A stretch of DNA of 64,000 bases, from the NCBI GenBank assembly GCA_965116475.1, contig OZ220691.1, positions 864,001 through 928,000 of the forward strand, read 5' to 3'. The position numbers and the translations under genes are program-made. The notes under the pieces were generated by a model. The model had not been told where the DNA came from. It was given only the letters and a program-made list of their open reading frames with translations, and did no database searches. This document shows, piece after piece, positions 9,695 to 19,684 of this stretch; position 1 is the first letter of the stretch; each line of letters begins with the position of its first letter. Origin of the DNA: Gemmatimonadota bacterium (GTDB lineage Bacteria; Gemmatimonadota; Gemmatimonadetes; Palauibacterales; Palauibacteraceae).

Positions 9695-10837
9695 TTGAGC
9701 GTTCGAATCTGTGTCCCGCGGGAGACCGCCGCCGGGGAGTCGCGGGTCGCCCTCACGCCGGACGGGGCCAGGCGCCTGCGCTCGGATGAGATTTCGATCG
9801 CCATCGAGGCGGGGGCGGGACGGGCGGCCGGCTTCCCCGACGCGGACTACGAGGAAGCGGGCGTGGAGATCGTGCCCGATGCCGGCCGGCTCCTGGGCGA
9901 GGCCGACATCGTATTCAAGGTCGCTCCTCCCTCGGAGACCGAGGCGGACGGACTCAGGGAGGGCGCGGTCCTCGCGTGCCTCCTGCGCCCGCACGAGAAC
10001 GCGGCGCTGATCGAGCGGCTCGCCGGGGGCGGAGTCACGGCGCTCGCGCTGGAACTCGTGCCGAGAATCACGCGCGCGCAGTCGATGGACGCCCTCTCTT
10101 CGCAGAGCAACCTGGCGGGCTACAAGGCCGTCCTCCTCGGCGCGAACTCGCTCGGACGGATCTTCCCTCTCCTCATGACGGCGGCGGGGACGCTCTCCCC
10201 GGCGCGCGTGCTCGTGCTGGGGGCCGGGGTCGCAGGCTTGCAGGCGATCGCGACGGCGCGCCGGCTCGGCGCCGACACCTGGGGTTACGACATCCGGGCC
10301 GCCGTGCGCGAGGAGGTCGAGAGCCTCGGCGCGAAGTTCGTGGACCTCGACGAGGGCGCCGACGAAGCCAGTGCGGGCACGCCGGAGGACGCGGAGACCG
10401 AAGGCGGTTACGCGAAGGAGATCGAGGAGGCGGAGCAGGCCCGGCAGCGCGAACTGCTCGCGCAGCACGTCGCGCGAGCGGACGTCGTCATCACGACGGC
10501 CCTGGTGCCGGGGCGCCGCGCGCCCGTGCTGATCACCGACGAGATGGTGGACCGGATGAAGCCGGGCTCGGTGGTCGTCGACCTGGCCGGCGAGGCCGGC
10601 GGCAACTGCTCGCTGTCGGCGCCCGGGGAGACGGTCGTGGAGCGCGGCGTGACGATCCACGCACCGCTCAACGTGCCCGGTTCGCTGCCTTACCACGCCA
10701 GCCAGTTGCTCGGACGCAACCTCTCCGCGCTCGTGAAGCCGATGATCGGGGAGGAGGGCGTGTCGGTGGACCTGGAGGACGATGTGATCGGGCCCTGCTG
10801 CGTGACCCACGCGGGAGAGATCCGGTTCGGCGCGTGA
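9695..10837 (+). CDS. pntA: NAD(P) transhydrogenase alpha subunit, part 1 (NAD(H)-binding domain I)
   Basis: GESRVALTP, PRITRAQSMDALSSQ, LMTAAGT, GAGVAGLQAIATARRLG, GGYAK, DLAGEAGGNC. Confidence 0.96.
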   Translation: MSVRICVPRETAAGESRVALTPDGARRLRSDEISIAIEAGAGRAAGFPDADYEEAGVEIVPDAGRLLGEADIVFKVAPPSETEADGLREGAVLACLLRPHENAALIERLAGGGVTALALELVPRITRAQSMDALSSQSNLAGYKAVLLGANSLGRIFPLLMTAAGTLSPARVLVLGAGVAGLQAIATARRLGADTWGYDIRAAVREEVESLGAKFVDLDEGADEASAGTPEDAETEGGYAKEIEEAEQARQRELLAQHVARADVVITTALVPGRRAPVLITDEMVDRMKPGSVVVDLAGEAGGNCSLSAPGETVVERGVTIHAPLNVPGSLPYHASQLLGRNLSALVKPMIGEEGVSVDLEDDVIGPCCVTHAGEIRFGA

Positions 10838-10921
10838 CGAAGCGCGTGCCGCGCGCATGACGACGGAGCCCGGAGCCGCGGCCGCGCGCCCCGGGCAACA
10901 CTCAACGACGAGGCCTGGCCG

Positions 10922-11215
10922 ATGGAAGGAACGCTCCTGATCGGACTGTATGTGTTCGTGCTCGCGATGTTCGTGGGCTTCGAACTCATCACGAAGGTGC
11001 CGCCCACGCTGCATACGCCGCTCATGTCGGGGTCCAACGCCATTTCCGGGATCTCGATCGTGGGCGCGCTGCTCGTGATCGGACGCGCCGGCGATGCGCT
11101 TCTCATGCGGTGGATCGGGCTGGCGGCGCTGATCCTCGCCACGATCAACGTCGTCGGCGGCTTTCTCGTCACCGACCGCATGCTCCAGATGTTCAAGAGC
11201 AAGGACGCGAGCTGA
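10922..11215 (+). CDS. pntA: NAD(P) transhydrogenase alpha subunit, part 2 (membrane)
   Basis: VPPTLHTPLMSGSNAISG and INVVGGFLVTDRMLQMF. Confidence 0.96.
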   Translation: MEGTLLIGLYVFVLAMFVGFELITKVPPTLHTPLMSGSNAISGISIVGALLVIGRAGDALLMRWIGLAALILATINVVGGFLVTDRMLQMFKSKDAS

Positions 11216-11218
11216 GCG

Positions 11219-12625
11219 ATGGAAATGTCAGGATTCTCGACGGCCATCCCGCTCGCCTACCTGGCGTCCGCGGTTCTCTTCATCCTCGGGATCAAGCGGC
11301 TCAGCCACCCGGACACGGCGGCGGGCGGCAACAGGCTCGCCGCCATCGGCATGCTGCTCGCGGTAATCGCGACGCTGCTCGAGAGCGGCCTGGAGTACAC
11401 CTGGATCATCGCCGGCGTCGCTATCGGGGGGCTGATCGGCGCCGTCATGGCCCGCACCGTGAAGATGACCGCCATGCCGGAGATGGTGGCGGTGTTCAAC
11501 GGGTTCGGCGGGGCCGCCTCCGGGCTCGTCGCGGTCGGGGAGTACCTGCGCGTCGCCGGTGGTGCGGGCGGCGCGGAGACGCTCGCCATCGACTCCGGCG
11601 TGTCGATCATGGCGGGGACGCTGATCGGCGCCGTCACCTTCTCCGGCAGCATGATCGCGTTCGGGAAGCTGCAGGGGTTCGTGACGGGCAACGCGATCTC
11701 GAATCCGCTCGTGAAGTTCTCCGCCGGCCTCCTGCTGGGCTTCGCGGTGGTCCTGGCGGTCTACCTGGTCGGCTTCGAGTCGAACCTCGTCTTCTACTGG
11801 TGCCTGATCGCGGCCGCGCTCATCCTCGGCGTCCTGTTCGTGATCCCGATCGGGGGCGCGGACATGCCCGTGGTGGTGGCGCTGCTCAACTCCTATTCGG
11901 GGCTCGCGGCGGCGTCGGCCGGGTTCGTGCTCGGGAACAACGCGCTCATCATCTCGGGCGCGCTGGTGGGCGCCTCGGGGCTCATCCTCACCGGCATCAT
12001 GTGCCGCGCGATGAACCGCTCGCTGGCGAACGTCCTGTTCAGCGCCTTCGGCACGGGATCGGCGGCGGCCGGGCGCGCGGCGGACGGTGACCGGGTGGCG
12101 ACGCCGATCGAGGCCGAGGATTCCGCCATGGTCCTCGGCTACGCGTCGCAGGTCATCTTCGTCCCCGGCTACGGGCTCGCGGTGGCGCAGGCGCAGCACC
12201 GGGTGCGCGAACTCGCCGACCTGCTCACCGAGCGCGGCGTCTCCGTGCGCTACTGCGTGCACCCGGTGGCGGGGCGGATGCCCGGCCACATGAACGTCCT
12301 CCTCGCCGAGGCGAACGTGCCCTACGAGCAGCTCTGCGAGCCCGAGGACGTGAACCCGGACATGGAGAACATCGACGTCGCCGTGGTCGTGGGGGCGAAC
12401 GACGTCGTGAACCCGCTCGCGCGCGACGACCCCTCGAGCCCCATCGGCGGCATGCCGATCATCGAGACGGACCGCGCGAAGACGTGCATCGTCATCAAGC
12501 GCTCGCTCTCCGTGGGCTACGCCGGCATCGACAACCCGCTCTTCTACCTGCGGAACAACCGCATGTTCTTCGGGGACGCCTCGGACGCCCTCGCCCGCAT
12601 CACGGAGGAAGTGAAGCAACTCTGA
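11219..12625 (+). CDS. pntB: NAD(P) transhydrogenase beta subunit
   Basis: MTAMPEMVAVFNGFGG, IGGADMPVVVALLNSYSG, VPGYGLAVAQAQH, HPVAGRMPGHMNVLLAEA, GANDVVNP. Confidence 0.97.
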   Translation: MEMSGFSTAIPLAYLASAVLFILGIKRLSHPDTAAGGNRLAAIGMLLAVIATLLESGLEYTWIIAGVAIGGLIGAVMARTVKMTAMPEMVAVFNGFGGAASGLVAVGEYLRVAGGAGGAETLAIDSGVSIMAGTLIGAVTFSGSMIAFGKLQGFVTGNAISNPLVKFSAGLLLGFAVVLAVYLVGFESNLVFYWCLIAAALILGVLFVIPIGGADMPVVVALLNSYSGLAAASAGFVLGNNALIISGALVGASGLILTGIMCRAMNRSLANVLFSAFGTGSAAAGRAADGDRVATPIEAEDSAMVLGYASQVIFVPGYGLAVAQAQHRVRELADLLTERGVSVRYCVHPVAGRMPGHMNVLLAEANVPYEQLCEPEDVNPDMENIDVAVVVGANDVVNPLARDDPSSPIGGMPIIETDRAKTCIVIKRSLSVGYAGIDNPLFYLRNNRMFFGDASDALARITEEVKQL

Positions 12626-12874
12626 AGGCTGGCGGGGTGAGTTGCGCAACCTCAAGCGCCCTGGCGTTGCTCGATATCCGCACGAAGCCCGATTCCGTGA
12701 CAGGGCAGGTGGCCCGGGATAGCGACCCGCCCCGCCGTGATTGTCGCGGCACCCGTGGATAATCTAGGTTGGCGGGCCGCGGTCCGACCGGGCATGGCGT
12801 CCGGGAGATCCGCCGAAAACCGCAGCGAATCAAAAGCGAATCAAGTGTGCCGCCGTAACAGGAGCGAACGCCCC

Positions 12875-15800
12875 ATGCGCAAGCTGGCCATCATCACGCC
12901 GACCACGCTCACCCTCGCCGCAGCGGTCTTCGTCGCGGCGAACCTTGCCGTCGCGCCCTCGGCGCTCGCCGCCCAGGAGGCGGTGGTGTTCGACTCCGCG
13001 GACGTCGCGGGTCTCAGCTTCCGGTCGATCGGGCCGCCCCGTGGCGGCCGCAGCACCGCCGTGGCCGGGATCACCGAGCAGCCGCTCACCTACTTCATGG
13101 GCGCGACCGGAGGCGGCGTGTGGCGCACGGACGACGCCGGCCTCAACTGGCGCAACATCTCCGATGGCTACATCGAGACCGGCTCGATCGGGGCGATCGA
13201 CGTGGCGGACAGCGACGCGAACGTCATCTACGTGGGCACCGGCTCGGCCCCCATCCGCGGAAACGTGTCGAAGGGGATCGGCGTCTACCGCAGCACCGAC
13301 GGCGGCGACTCGTGGACCCACATCGGGCTCCCGAACGCGGGGCAGATCGGCCGCATCGAGGTCCACCCGCACGATGCCGATGTCGCCTTCGTGGCCGCGC
13401 TCGGCGACCCGTTCGGGCCCAACCCGGAGCGCGGTGTCTTCCGCACGGCGGACGGCGGGGAGACGTGGGACCACGTGCTCGCGATCTCCGACTCCACCGG
13501 CGCGGTGGACCTCGCGATCAACCCGGTGAATCCGCGCATCATCTTCGCCACCGCGTGGCGGGGCGAGCGCAAGCCGTGGACCGCCATCTCCGGTTCGGAA
13601 GAGTCCGGCGTGTTCCGGTCGACCGATGGCGGAGACACGTGGAACCGGCTCGAGGGCGGACTCCCCACCGGACTCGTCGGCAAGGCGGCGGTCACCGTTT
13701 CCCGGGCCAACCCCGACCGGGTGTGGGTGCTCATGGAGGCGCCCAACGACCGGGGCGGCGTCTACCGCTCCGAAGACGGGGGCGACAGCTGGCGGCGGGT
13801 GAACGACGACCGCGGGCTGCAGCAGCGTGCCTGGTACTACACCCACATCTACGCGGATCCGGTGGACGAAAACACGGTGTACGCCCTCAACGTCGGCTAC
13901 AACAAGTCCATCGACGGTGGCGCGACGTGGCAGGGGTACGGCGTGCCGCACGGGGATGTGCACGACCTGTGGATCAACTACGAGAACCCCGACTTCCAGG
14001 TCGTGGCGAACGATGGCGGCGGGCAGGTGACGACGACCGGGGCCGAGAGCTGGTCCACCTACTACAACCAGGTCACGGCCGAGATGTACCGCGTGTTCGT
14101 CGACAACCAGTTCCCCTACCGCGTGTACGGCTCGCAGCAGGACAACTCGACGATCATGGTGCCGAGCCGCGGCATGCCGGCGGTGCAGCAGGCGCAGCAC
14201 TGGGCCGCGGTCGGGGGCTGCGAGAGCGGCCACATCGCGATCGACCCACGGAACCCCAACGTGACGTATGCGGGCTGCTACGGCGGCAGCATCAACCGGG
14301 TGGACCGGGGGACCGGCGACGTGAGGCAGATGCTCCTCTATCCGCAGCTCCAACTGGGACAGGCGCCGAAGACGATGCGGCACCGCTTCCAGTGGAACGC
14401 GCCCATCCGGATCTCCCCGCACGATCCCGACGTCATCTACCACACCTCGCAGTACGTGAACCGGACCTCGGACGCGGGATATTCGTGGGAGACGATCAGC
14501 CCCGACCTCACGCGGAACGACACGACGAAGATGGAGCACGCGGGCGGGCGCATCACCTGGGACAACACCGGGGTGGAGATGTACGGGACGATCTTCGCCT
14601 TCGAGGAATCGCCGCACGAGGCGGGCGTGCTGTGGGCGGGCTCCGACGACGGCCTCATCCACATCTCGCGGGATGACGGCGCGAGCTGGACGGACGTGAC
14701 GCCCGGCGACCTGCCCGAGTTCTCGACCGTCAACGTGATCGACCTCTCGGCGCACGGCCCGGGGAGGGCGCACGTCGCCGTGTACCGCTACCGGATGCAG
14801 GACAATACGCCCTACATGTGGCGCACGGATGACTACGGGGAGAGCTGGACCCGCCTCTCGGCGGACGGGATCGAGCCCGGCCACTTCGTGCGCGTCGTGC
14901 GCGAAGACCCCGTGCGGGAGGGCCTCCTCTACGCGGGCACCGAGTTCGGCCTCTATGTGAGCTTCGACGGCGGCGCCAGCTGGCAGCGGTTCCAGCAGAA
15001 CCTGCCGATCACGCCGATCACGGACATGCTCGTGCACGAGGGCGACCTTGTCATCGGCACGCAGGGCCGCTCGTTCTGGATCCTCGACGACGTGACGCCG
15101 CTCCGGACGATGTCCCCGGCCACGCTGGCGGCCGACGTCCACCTCTACGCGCCGCGCGATGCGGTGCGCGCGCAGGGCGTCTTCCCCAACGGGGCGTCGA
15201 TTCACTTCGCGCTCGCCGAGGGGATGGAGGAGACGATCGACCTCGAGATCGTGGATGACGGTGGCGAGGTCGTGCGGGTCTACTCCTCGAACCCCGGTTC
15301 GTGGGACGATGAGGCGAAGGCGGCGATCGGCCGCGCTCCGAACTGGTCGCCGGACCGACTGCAGACGAGCACGGGTATGAACCGGATGATGTGGAACCTC
15401 CAGGGAGAAGGGCCCGACCTGGTCCAGGGCGCCCGCATCTGGGGTTTCACGGGCCGCGTGCCCGCCGTGCCCGGACGCTACGAGGTGCGGCTGACCGCGG
15501 GGGATGTGACGCAGACGCAGCCGCTGGCGGTCCACATCGACCCGCGGGTGGCCGACCAGGTCACGGTCGCCGACCTGCGGCAGCAGCACGACCTGATGGT
15601 CCGAGTGCGCGGTCTTCTCCAGCAGTCGCACGACGCGGTGCGCGAGGTGCGGTCGATCCGGTCGCAGATGAGCGAAATCGCGACGTCGGTGGAGGAAGCC
15701 GGCTACGGCGACGACTTCACGGAAATGGCGGACGCGGCGGGCGAGAAGCTCACGGATGTCGAGGAGGAGCTTTTTCAGACGCAGAACCGCTCGGGGCAGG

Positions 15801-16048
15801 ACATGCTCAACTTCCCGCCCATGCTCGACAACGAGATCGCGAACCTGTACGGCTACATCGCGTCGACCTACGACCGTCCCAACGCGGTGGCGGCCGTTCG
15901 CGCCAACGAACTCGAAGCCGAACTCGGCGGGTGGCTGACCACGCTCCAGCAGATCATCGACACGGACGTCGCGGAGTTCAACAACCGCCTGCGCGAGGCC
16001 GGCGTCCCCGGCGTCATCGTGCGCACCCCGCCCCGCGCCACGAGCTGA
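12875..16048 (+). CDS. Secreted VPS10/sortilin-like BNR (Asp-box) beta-propeller protein with helical C-terminus
   Basis: AGGAG RBS before ATG 12875, signal peptide, FRSIGPPRGGR, many SxDGGxxW Asp-boxes, GTQGRSFWILDD. Confidence 0.85.
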   Translation: MRKLAIITPTTLTLAAAVFVAANLAVAPSALAAQEAVVFDSADVAGLSFRSIGPPRGGRSTAVAGITEQPLTYFMGATGGGVWRTDDAGLNWRNISDGYIETGSIGAIDVADSDANVIYVGTGSAPIRGNVSKGIGVYRSTDGGDSWTHIGLPNAGQIGRIEVHPHDADVAFVAALGDPFGPNPERGVFRTADGGETWDHVLAISDSTGAVDLAINPVNPRIIFATAWRGERKPWTAISGSEESGVFRSTDGGDTWNRLEGGLPTGLVGKAAVTVSRANPDRVWVLMEAPNDRGGVYRSEDGGDSWRRVNDDRGLQQRAWYYTHIYADPVDENTVYALNVGYNKSIDGGATWQGYGVPHGDVHDLWINYENPDFQVVANDGGGQVTTTGAESWSTYYNQVTAEMYRVFVDNQFPYRVYGSQQDNSTIMVPSRGMPAVQQAQHWAAVGGCESGHIAIDPRNPNVTYAGCYGGSINRVDRGTGDVRQMLLYPQLQLGQAPKTMRHRFQWNAPIRISPHDPDVIYHTSQYVNRTSDAGYSWETISPDLTRNDTTKMEHAGGRITWDNTGVEMYGTIFAFEESPHEAGVLWAGSDDGLIHISRDDGASWTDVTPGDLPEFSTVNVIDLSAHGPGRAHVAVYRYRMQDNTPYMWRTDDYGESWTRLSADGIEPGHFVRVVREDPVREGLLYAGTEFGLYVSFDGGASWQRFQQNLPITPITDMLVHEGDLVIGTQGRSFWILDDVTPLRTMSPATLAADVHLYAPRDAVRAQGVFPNGASIHFALAEGMEETIDLEIVDDGGEVVRVYSSNPGSWDDEAKAAIGRAPNWSPDRLQTSTGMNRMMWNLQGEGPDLVQGARIWGFTGRVPAVPGRYEVRLTAGDVTQTQPLAVHIDPRVADQVTVADLRQQHDLMVRVRGLLQQSHDAVREVRSIRSQMSEIATSVEEAGYGDDFTEMADAAGEKLTDVEEELFQTQNRSGQDMLNFPPMLDNEIANLYGYIASTYDRPNAVAAVRANELEAELGGWLTTLQQIIDTDVAEFNNRLREAGVPGVIVRTPPRATS

Positions 16049-16084
16049 CTATGCCGGCGCCAACATGACAGGAGGCGGCATCCC

Positions 16085-17050
16085 TTGAGTGCCTCCGACG
16101 TCTCGATCGACGCCCTAGCTCGCCGTTGCTTCGAGCAGGAGGCGCGGGAGACGGTACGCCGCCTCGAGGCGGACGCGGTGGTCCGTGCGCGGACAAAGGC
16201 CGAAGAAGCAAAGTCGATCGCGAGTTGGGTCGTCCCACTTGTCATCGTGGGGTCGTGCTATGCGGGCGTTGTCAGCGGCGGGCCGGCGATGTTCTTCGTT
16301 CTTGGCGTCGCGGCCCTGGTTTGGGTGCTGAACGAACTCGGCAAAGCTCGTCCCTTCCGACAGAAGCGATCCGCCATTCGGAAGGCAGCCGAAGACGGGA
16401 TCGCCGCTTATGGGGGCGGGGAACCCTGGGCCGTGCTTCGGGTTCATGAGTTTGCGGTAACCGAGTTCCGGGAGCGGATCCAGGCGCATCGCGACCGGAC
16501 GCTTGGGAGGAGTTCGGAGTGGGGACGAGCCCGGTCGGAACTCGTCGGGGCGGCGGACGAGGCTCAGCGCTCGGCGGCGTACTGGCGCGAGCGCCTCCGA
16601 AGCGAACCCGACAGCGACCTTGCGGGCACGCAGGGCCGGATCGCGGACCGCTTGGAGGCGAAGCTCGCGGAAGCCCTCGAGAAGCTCGACCGTCGCGCGG
16701 CGGCTCTCCGCAAGTTCTACAACGATTGCGACGCGAGGCTGGCGGTCATGGACCGCTGCAACCGGGACCTTGAGGAGTCGCGGCGCCTCGAGGAGTTGTC
16801 GGGGCGGGCGGATGTCGTGATCGCGCGGGCGGAGGGGATGATCCAGACCATCGCGCAACAGTTCGTGGCCGAGGCCTGTACGATCGCGGAAGCGCTCGGA
16901 GGGGTCGCCACGGTGGGGATCAAGTCGCTGGCCGGGGAGGCGCCGGTGGACAACATCGAGTACTTCGCGGATCGCATCATCGAGAACTCCGACAGGGAGC
17001 GCTCTGCGATCGAGGATCTGGAGCGGCAGTTGTCGCACGTCGTGAGGTGA
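16085..17050 (+). CDS. Hypothetical membrane-anchored coiled-coil protein
   Basis: AGGAGG before the TTG start, two hydrophobic segments near residues 48-82, long E/R/A/L-rich helical remainder. Confidence 0.7.
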   Translation: MSASDVSIDALARRCFEQEARETVRRLEADAVVRARTKAEEAKSIASWVVPLVIVGSCYAGVVSGGPAMFFVLGVAALVWVLNELGKARPFRQKRSAIRKAAEDGIAAYGGGEPWAVLRVHEFAVTEFRERIQAHRDRTLGRSSEWGRARSELVGAADEAQRSAAYWRERLRSEPDSDLAGTQGRIADRLEAKLAEALEKLDRRAAALRKFYNDCDARLAVMDRCNRDLEESRRLEELSGRADVVIARAEGMIQTIAQQFVAEACTIAEALGGVATVGIKSLAGEAPVDNIEYFADRIIENSDRERSAIEDLERQLSHVVR

Positions 17051-19650
17051 GCCGGCGGGGGAGAGGCTCGCCGACCGCGCCGGCGGGGCTGCTGGCGCTC
17101 GTCATCGTCGCGGCGGCGGCGTGCGGCGACGAGGCCACGGCGCCATCCACGGCCTCGCCAAACCGCCGGCCGACGCCGACGAGCACGATCCCGCCGCAGG
17201 AACTGGCGGCCGGGGACACGCTGACGGTGGACGCGTCGGCCTACTTCACGGATCCGGACGGGGACGCGCTCACGTTCTCGGTCGAGACATCCGACGCCGG
17301 CGTCGCTTCCGCCTCGCTGTCCGGCACCGCGGTCACGGTCGTCGCGGTCGCTCCGGGCGAGGCGCGGGTTACGATCCGGGCCCGCGATCCCCGCGCGCTG
17401 CAGGCCCGGCTGGACTTCACCGTCCTCGTACCCGAGCCCGTGACGGCGGACCACGTCGTACTCCAGGCGCTCTACGAGGCGACCGGCGGCGAGGGCTGGA
17501 CGCACAACGACAACTGGCTGACCGGCCGCCCGCTCGACACGTGGTACGGCGTGCGCGTGGACGACGACGGACGGGTGACGGACCTCGGCCTCGACTTCAA
17601 CGGGCTCCGCGGCCATCTCCCCCCCGAACTCGGCGACCTCGACCGCCTCGAGTCGCTCGTGCTGTCGCGAAACGAACTCGAGGGGAGCGTCCCGGCGGAG
17701 CTGGGCCGCCTGCCGATCCTCGTGCGACTGGATCTCGGCGACAATCGCTTCGACGGCGAGATTCCGCCGCTGATCGGCGACTTCGACTACCTGGACCAAC
17801 TGGATCTCGGCGGCAACGAATTCGAGGGGCCGATCCCGGCCGCGCTGGGGGACCTCGGCGGGCTGCGCCGGCTGGACCTGAGCGACAACGATCTGGCGGG
17901 CCCCATCCCGCCTGAACTCGGGGACCTCGGCCGGCTCGAGACGCTGCTGCTCATGCGAAATGACCTCGAAGGGCCGGTGCCCGCGGCGTTCGGGCGCCTG
18001 GCGGCTCTCCGCGCCCTGAACCTGTCGGACAACGCGGGGCTGGCCGGCCCCCTGCCCGCCGAGTTGACGTCGATCCGGGGGCTGTCCCAGCTCCACCTGG
18101 GAGGCTCTGCGCTCTGCGCGCCGGATGAGCCGACCTTCCGGGGCTGGCTGGAGCGGCTGTACAGGTACCGGGTCGCCACCTGCGGCCAGGACGCGTCGGT
18201 CGTGCTCACGCAGGCCGTGCAGTCGTCACGGTTTCCCGTGCCGCTGGTCGCCGGCGATTCCGCGCTCCTGCGCGTGTTCCTGACGGCCCCGGAGGGTGCG
18301 TCCGTCAACTATCCGGTCGTCCGGGCCCGGTTCTACCTGGAGGGCGCGGAAACCCACGTCGTCGACATTCCCGCGCAGGCGAACCCCGTGCCGGCGGCGA
18401 TCGAGGAAGGCGATCTCGCCGCATCGGCGAACGCCGTGATTCCCGGACGGGTCGTGCAGCCCGGGCTCGAAATCGTCGTCGAGACGGACCCCGACGGCAC
18501 GCTCGACCCGGCCCTGGGGCTCACGCGGCGGATCCCCGACAGCGGCCGGCGCACGGTCGACGTCCGGAGGATGCCCACGTTCAAGCTCACGGTGATCCCG
18601 TTCGTGCTCGCGTCCGAACCGGACGCCTCGATCGTGAGCTACGTGAACAATCTGACCCCGGACCACGAACTCTTCTGGGACACGCACACGCTGCTTCCGA
18701 TCGGCGCCATGACGGTCCGCGCGCACGAGGCCGTGATGGTATCCACCAACAGCCAGGGCGCGCTGTTGAGCCAGACGGCGGCCATCCGCGCCGCGGAGGG
18801 GAGCACCGGACACTACATGGGCACGATGACGAACAGCGACGGCGGGGGCCTGGCCTTTCTCGGCGGGTTCGCCAGCTTCTCCAGCCACGACCGGGCGGAC
18901 ATCGTCGCGCACGAATTCGGACACAACATGAGCCTCAGCCACGCCCCGTGCAGCGCGACCGGCCCCGATCCGTGGTATCCCGGGGGGACGGGGCTCATCG
19001 GCGCGTGGGGATACGATTTTCGCGATGGCGGGCAACTCGTGCCGCCGGACCGGCCCGACATCATGGGATACTGCGATCCGCACTGGATCGGAGACTATCA
19101 CTTCTACAACGCGATGCGTTTCCGCCTCCGGACCGAGCCGCTCGATTCGGCCGCGAGCGGGGCCGGCGGCGGCGATGCCCGCACGCTGCTGCTCTGGGGC
19201 GGCGTGAGCGAAGAAGGCGTTCCCTACCTGGAGCCCGCGTTCGTCCTCGACGTGCCGCCGTCCCTTCCCGAGCGCGGCGGCGCCTATCGTATCCGCGGGC
19301 GGAATGCGTCCGGTGAAGAACTGTTCGCGCTGCGCTTCGACATGTGGCGCATCGATCATGGGAACGGGAGCCGGGGGTTCGCCTTCGCCGTGCCCGTCCG
19401 GCCCGGGTGGGCGACCGCGCTGGCGAGTCTCACGCTCTCGGGGCCCGGCGGATCCTTCACGCTGGACGGGGAGAGCCGCCTCCCCACCGCCATCGTGCGC
19501 GATCCCGCGACCCGCCAGGTGCGCGCCATCCTGCGGGATTCACTGCCGGCCGGACTCGCCGGGGCCGTGGCGGAGGCGCTGGCCCTGGATCCCGCCCTGG
19601 AGGCGATGGTCAGCCGCGGAATCCCCGACCCCGCGGACTGGGAGCGCTAG
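17047..19650 (+). CDS. Lipoprotein with Ig/cadherin-like domain, leucine-rich repeats and metzincin (M66-like) metallopeptidase domain
   Basis: Lipobox AAAC, YFTDPDGDALTF, 24-aa LxxLxLxxNxLxGxIPxxLG repeats, HEFGHNMSLSH zinc motif, DIMGYC Met-turn. Confidence 0.85.
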   Translation: MSRRGRGSPTAPAGLLALVIVAAAACGDEATAPSTASPNRRPTPTSTIPPQELAAGDTLTVDASAYFTDPDGDALTFSVETSDAGVASASLSGTAVTVVAVAPGEARVTIRARDPRALQARLDFTVLVPEPVTADHVVLQALYEATGGEGWTHNDNWLTGRPLDTWYGVRVDDDGRVTDLGLDFNGLRGHLPPELGDLDRLESLVLSRNELEGSVPAELGRLPILVRLDLGDNRFDGEIPPLIGDFDYLDQLDLGGNEFEGPIPAALGDLGGLRRLDLSDNDLAGPIPPELGDLGRLETLLLMRNDLEGPVPAAFGRLAALRALNLSDNAGLAGPLPAELTSIRGLSQLHLGGSALCAPDEPTFRGWLERLYRYRVATCGQDASVVLTQAVQSSRFPVPLVAGDSALLRVFLTAPEGASVNYPVVRARFYLEGAETHVVDIPAQANPVPAAIEEGDLAASANAVIPGRVVQPGLEIVVETDPDGTLDPALGLTRRIPDSGRRTVDVRRMPTFKLTVIPFVLASEPDASIVSYVNNLTPDHELFWDTHTLLPIGAMTVRAHEAVMVSTNSQGALLSQTAAIRAAEGSTGHYMGTMTNSDGGGLAFLGGFASFSSHDRADIVAHEFGHNMSLSHAPCSATGPDPWYPGGTGLIGAWGYDFRDGGQLVPPDRPDIMGYCDPHWIGDYHFYNAMRFRLRTEPLDSAASGAGGGDARTLLLWGGVSEEGVPYLEPAFVLDVPPSLPERGGAYRIRGRNASGEELFALRFDMWRIDHGNGSRGFAFAVPVRPGWATALASLTLSGPGGSFTLDGESRLPTAIVRDPATRQVRAILRDSLPAGLAGAVAEALALDPALEAMVSRGIPDPADWER

Positions 19651-19684
19651 GGTAGCGTCGCGCCGGGACCGCTGAACGGTCGGG

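Noticed and set aside
12830-15631. 933-aa antisense ORF opposite the VPS10-like gene
   Set aside because: Same shadow-frame artefact, with no RBS or recognisable domain.
16051-16081. ATGCCG...CGGCAT inverted repeat after the VPS10-like gene
   Set aside because: A 6-bp stem with a long loop and no U-tract is too weak to call a terminator.
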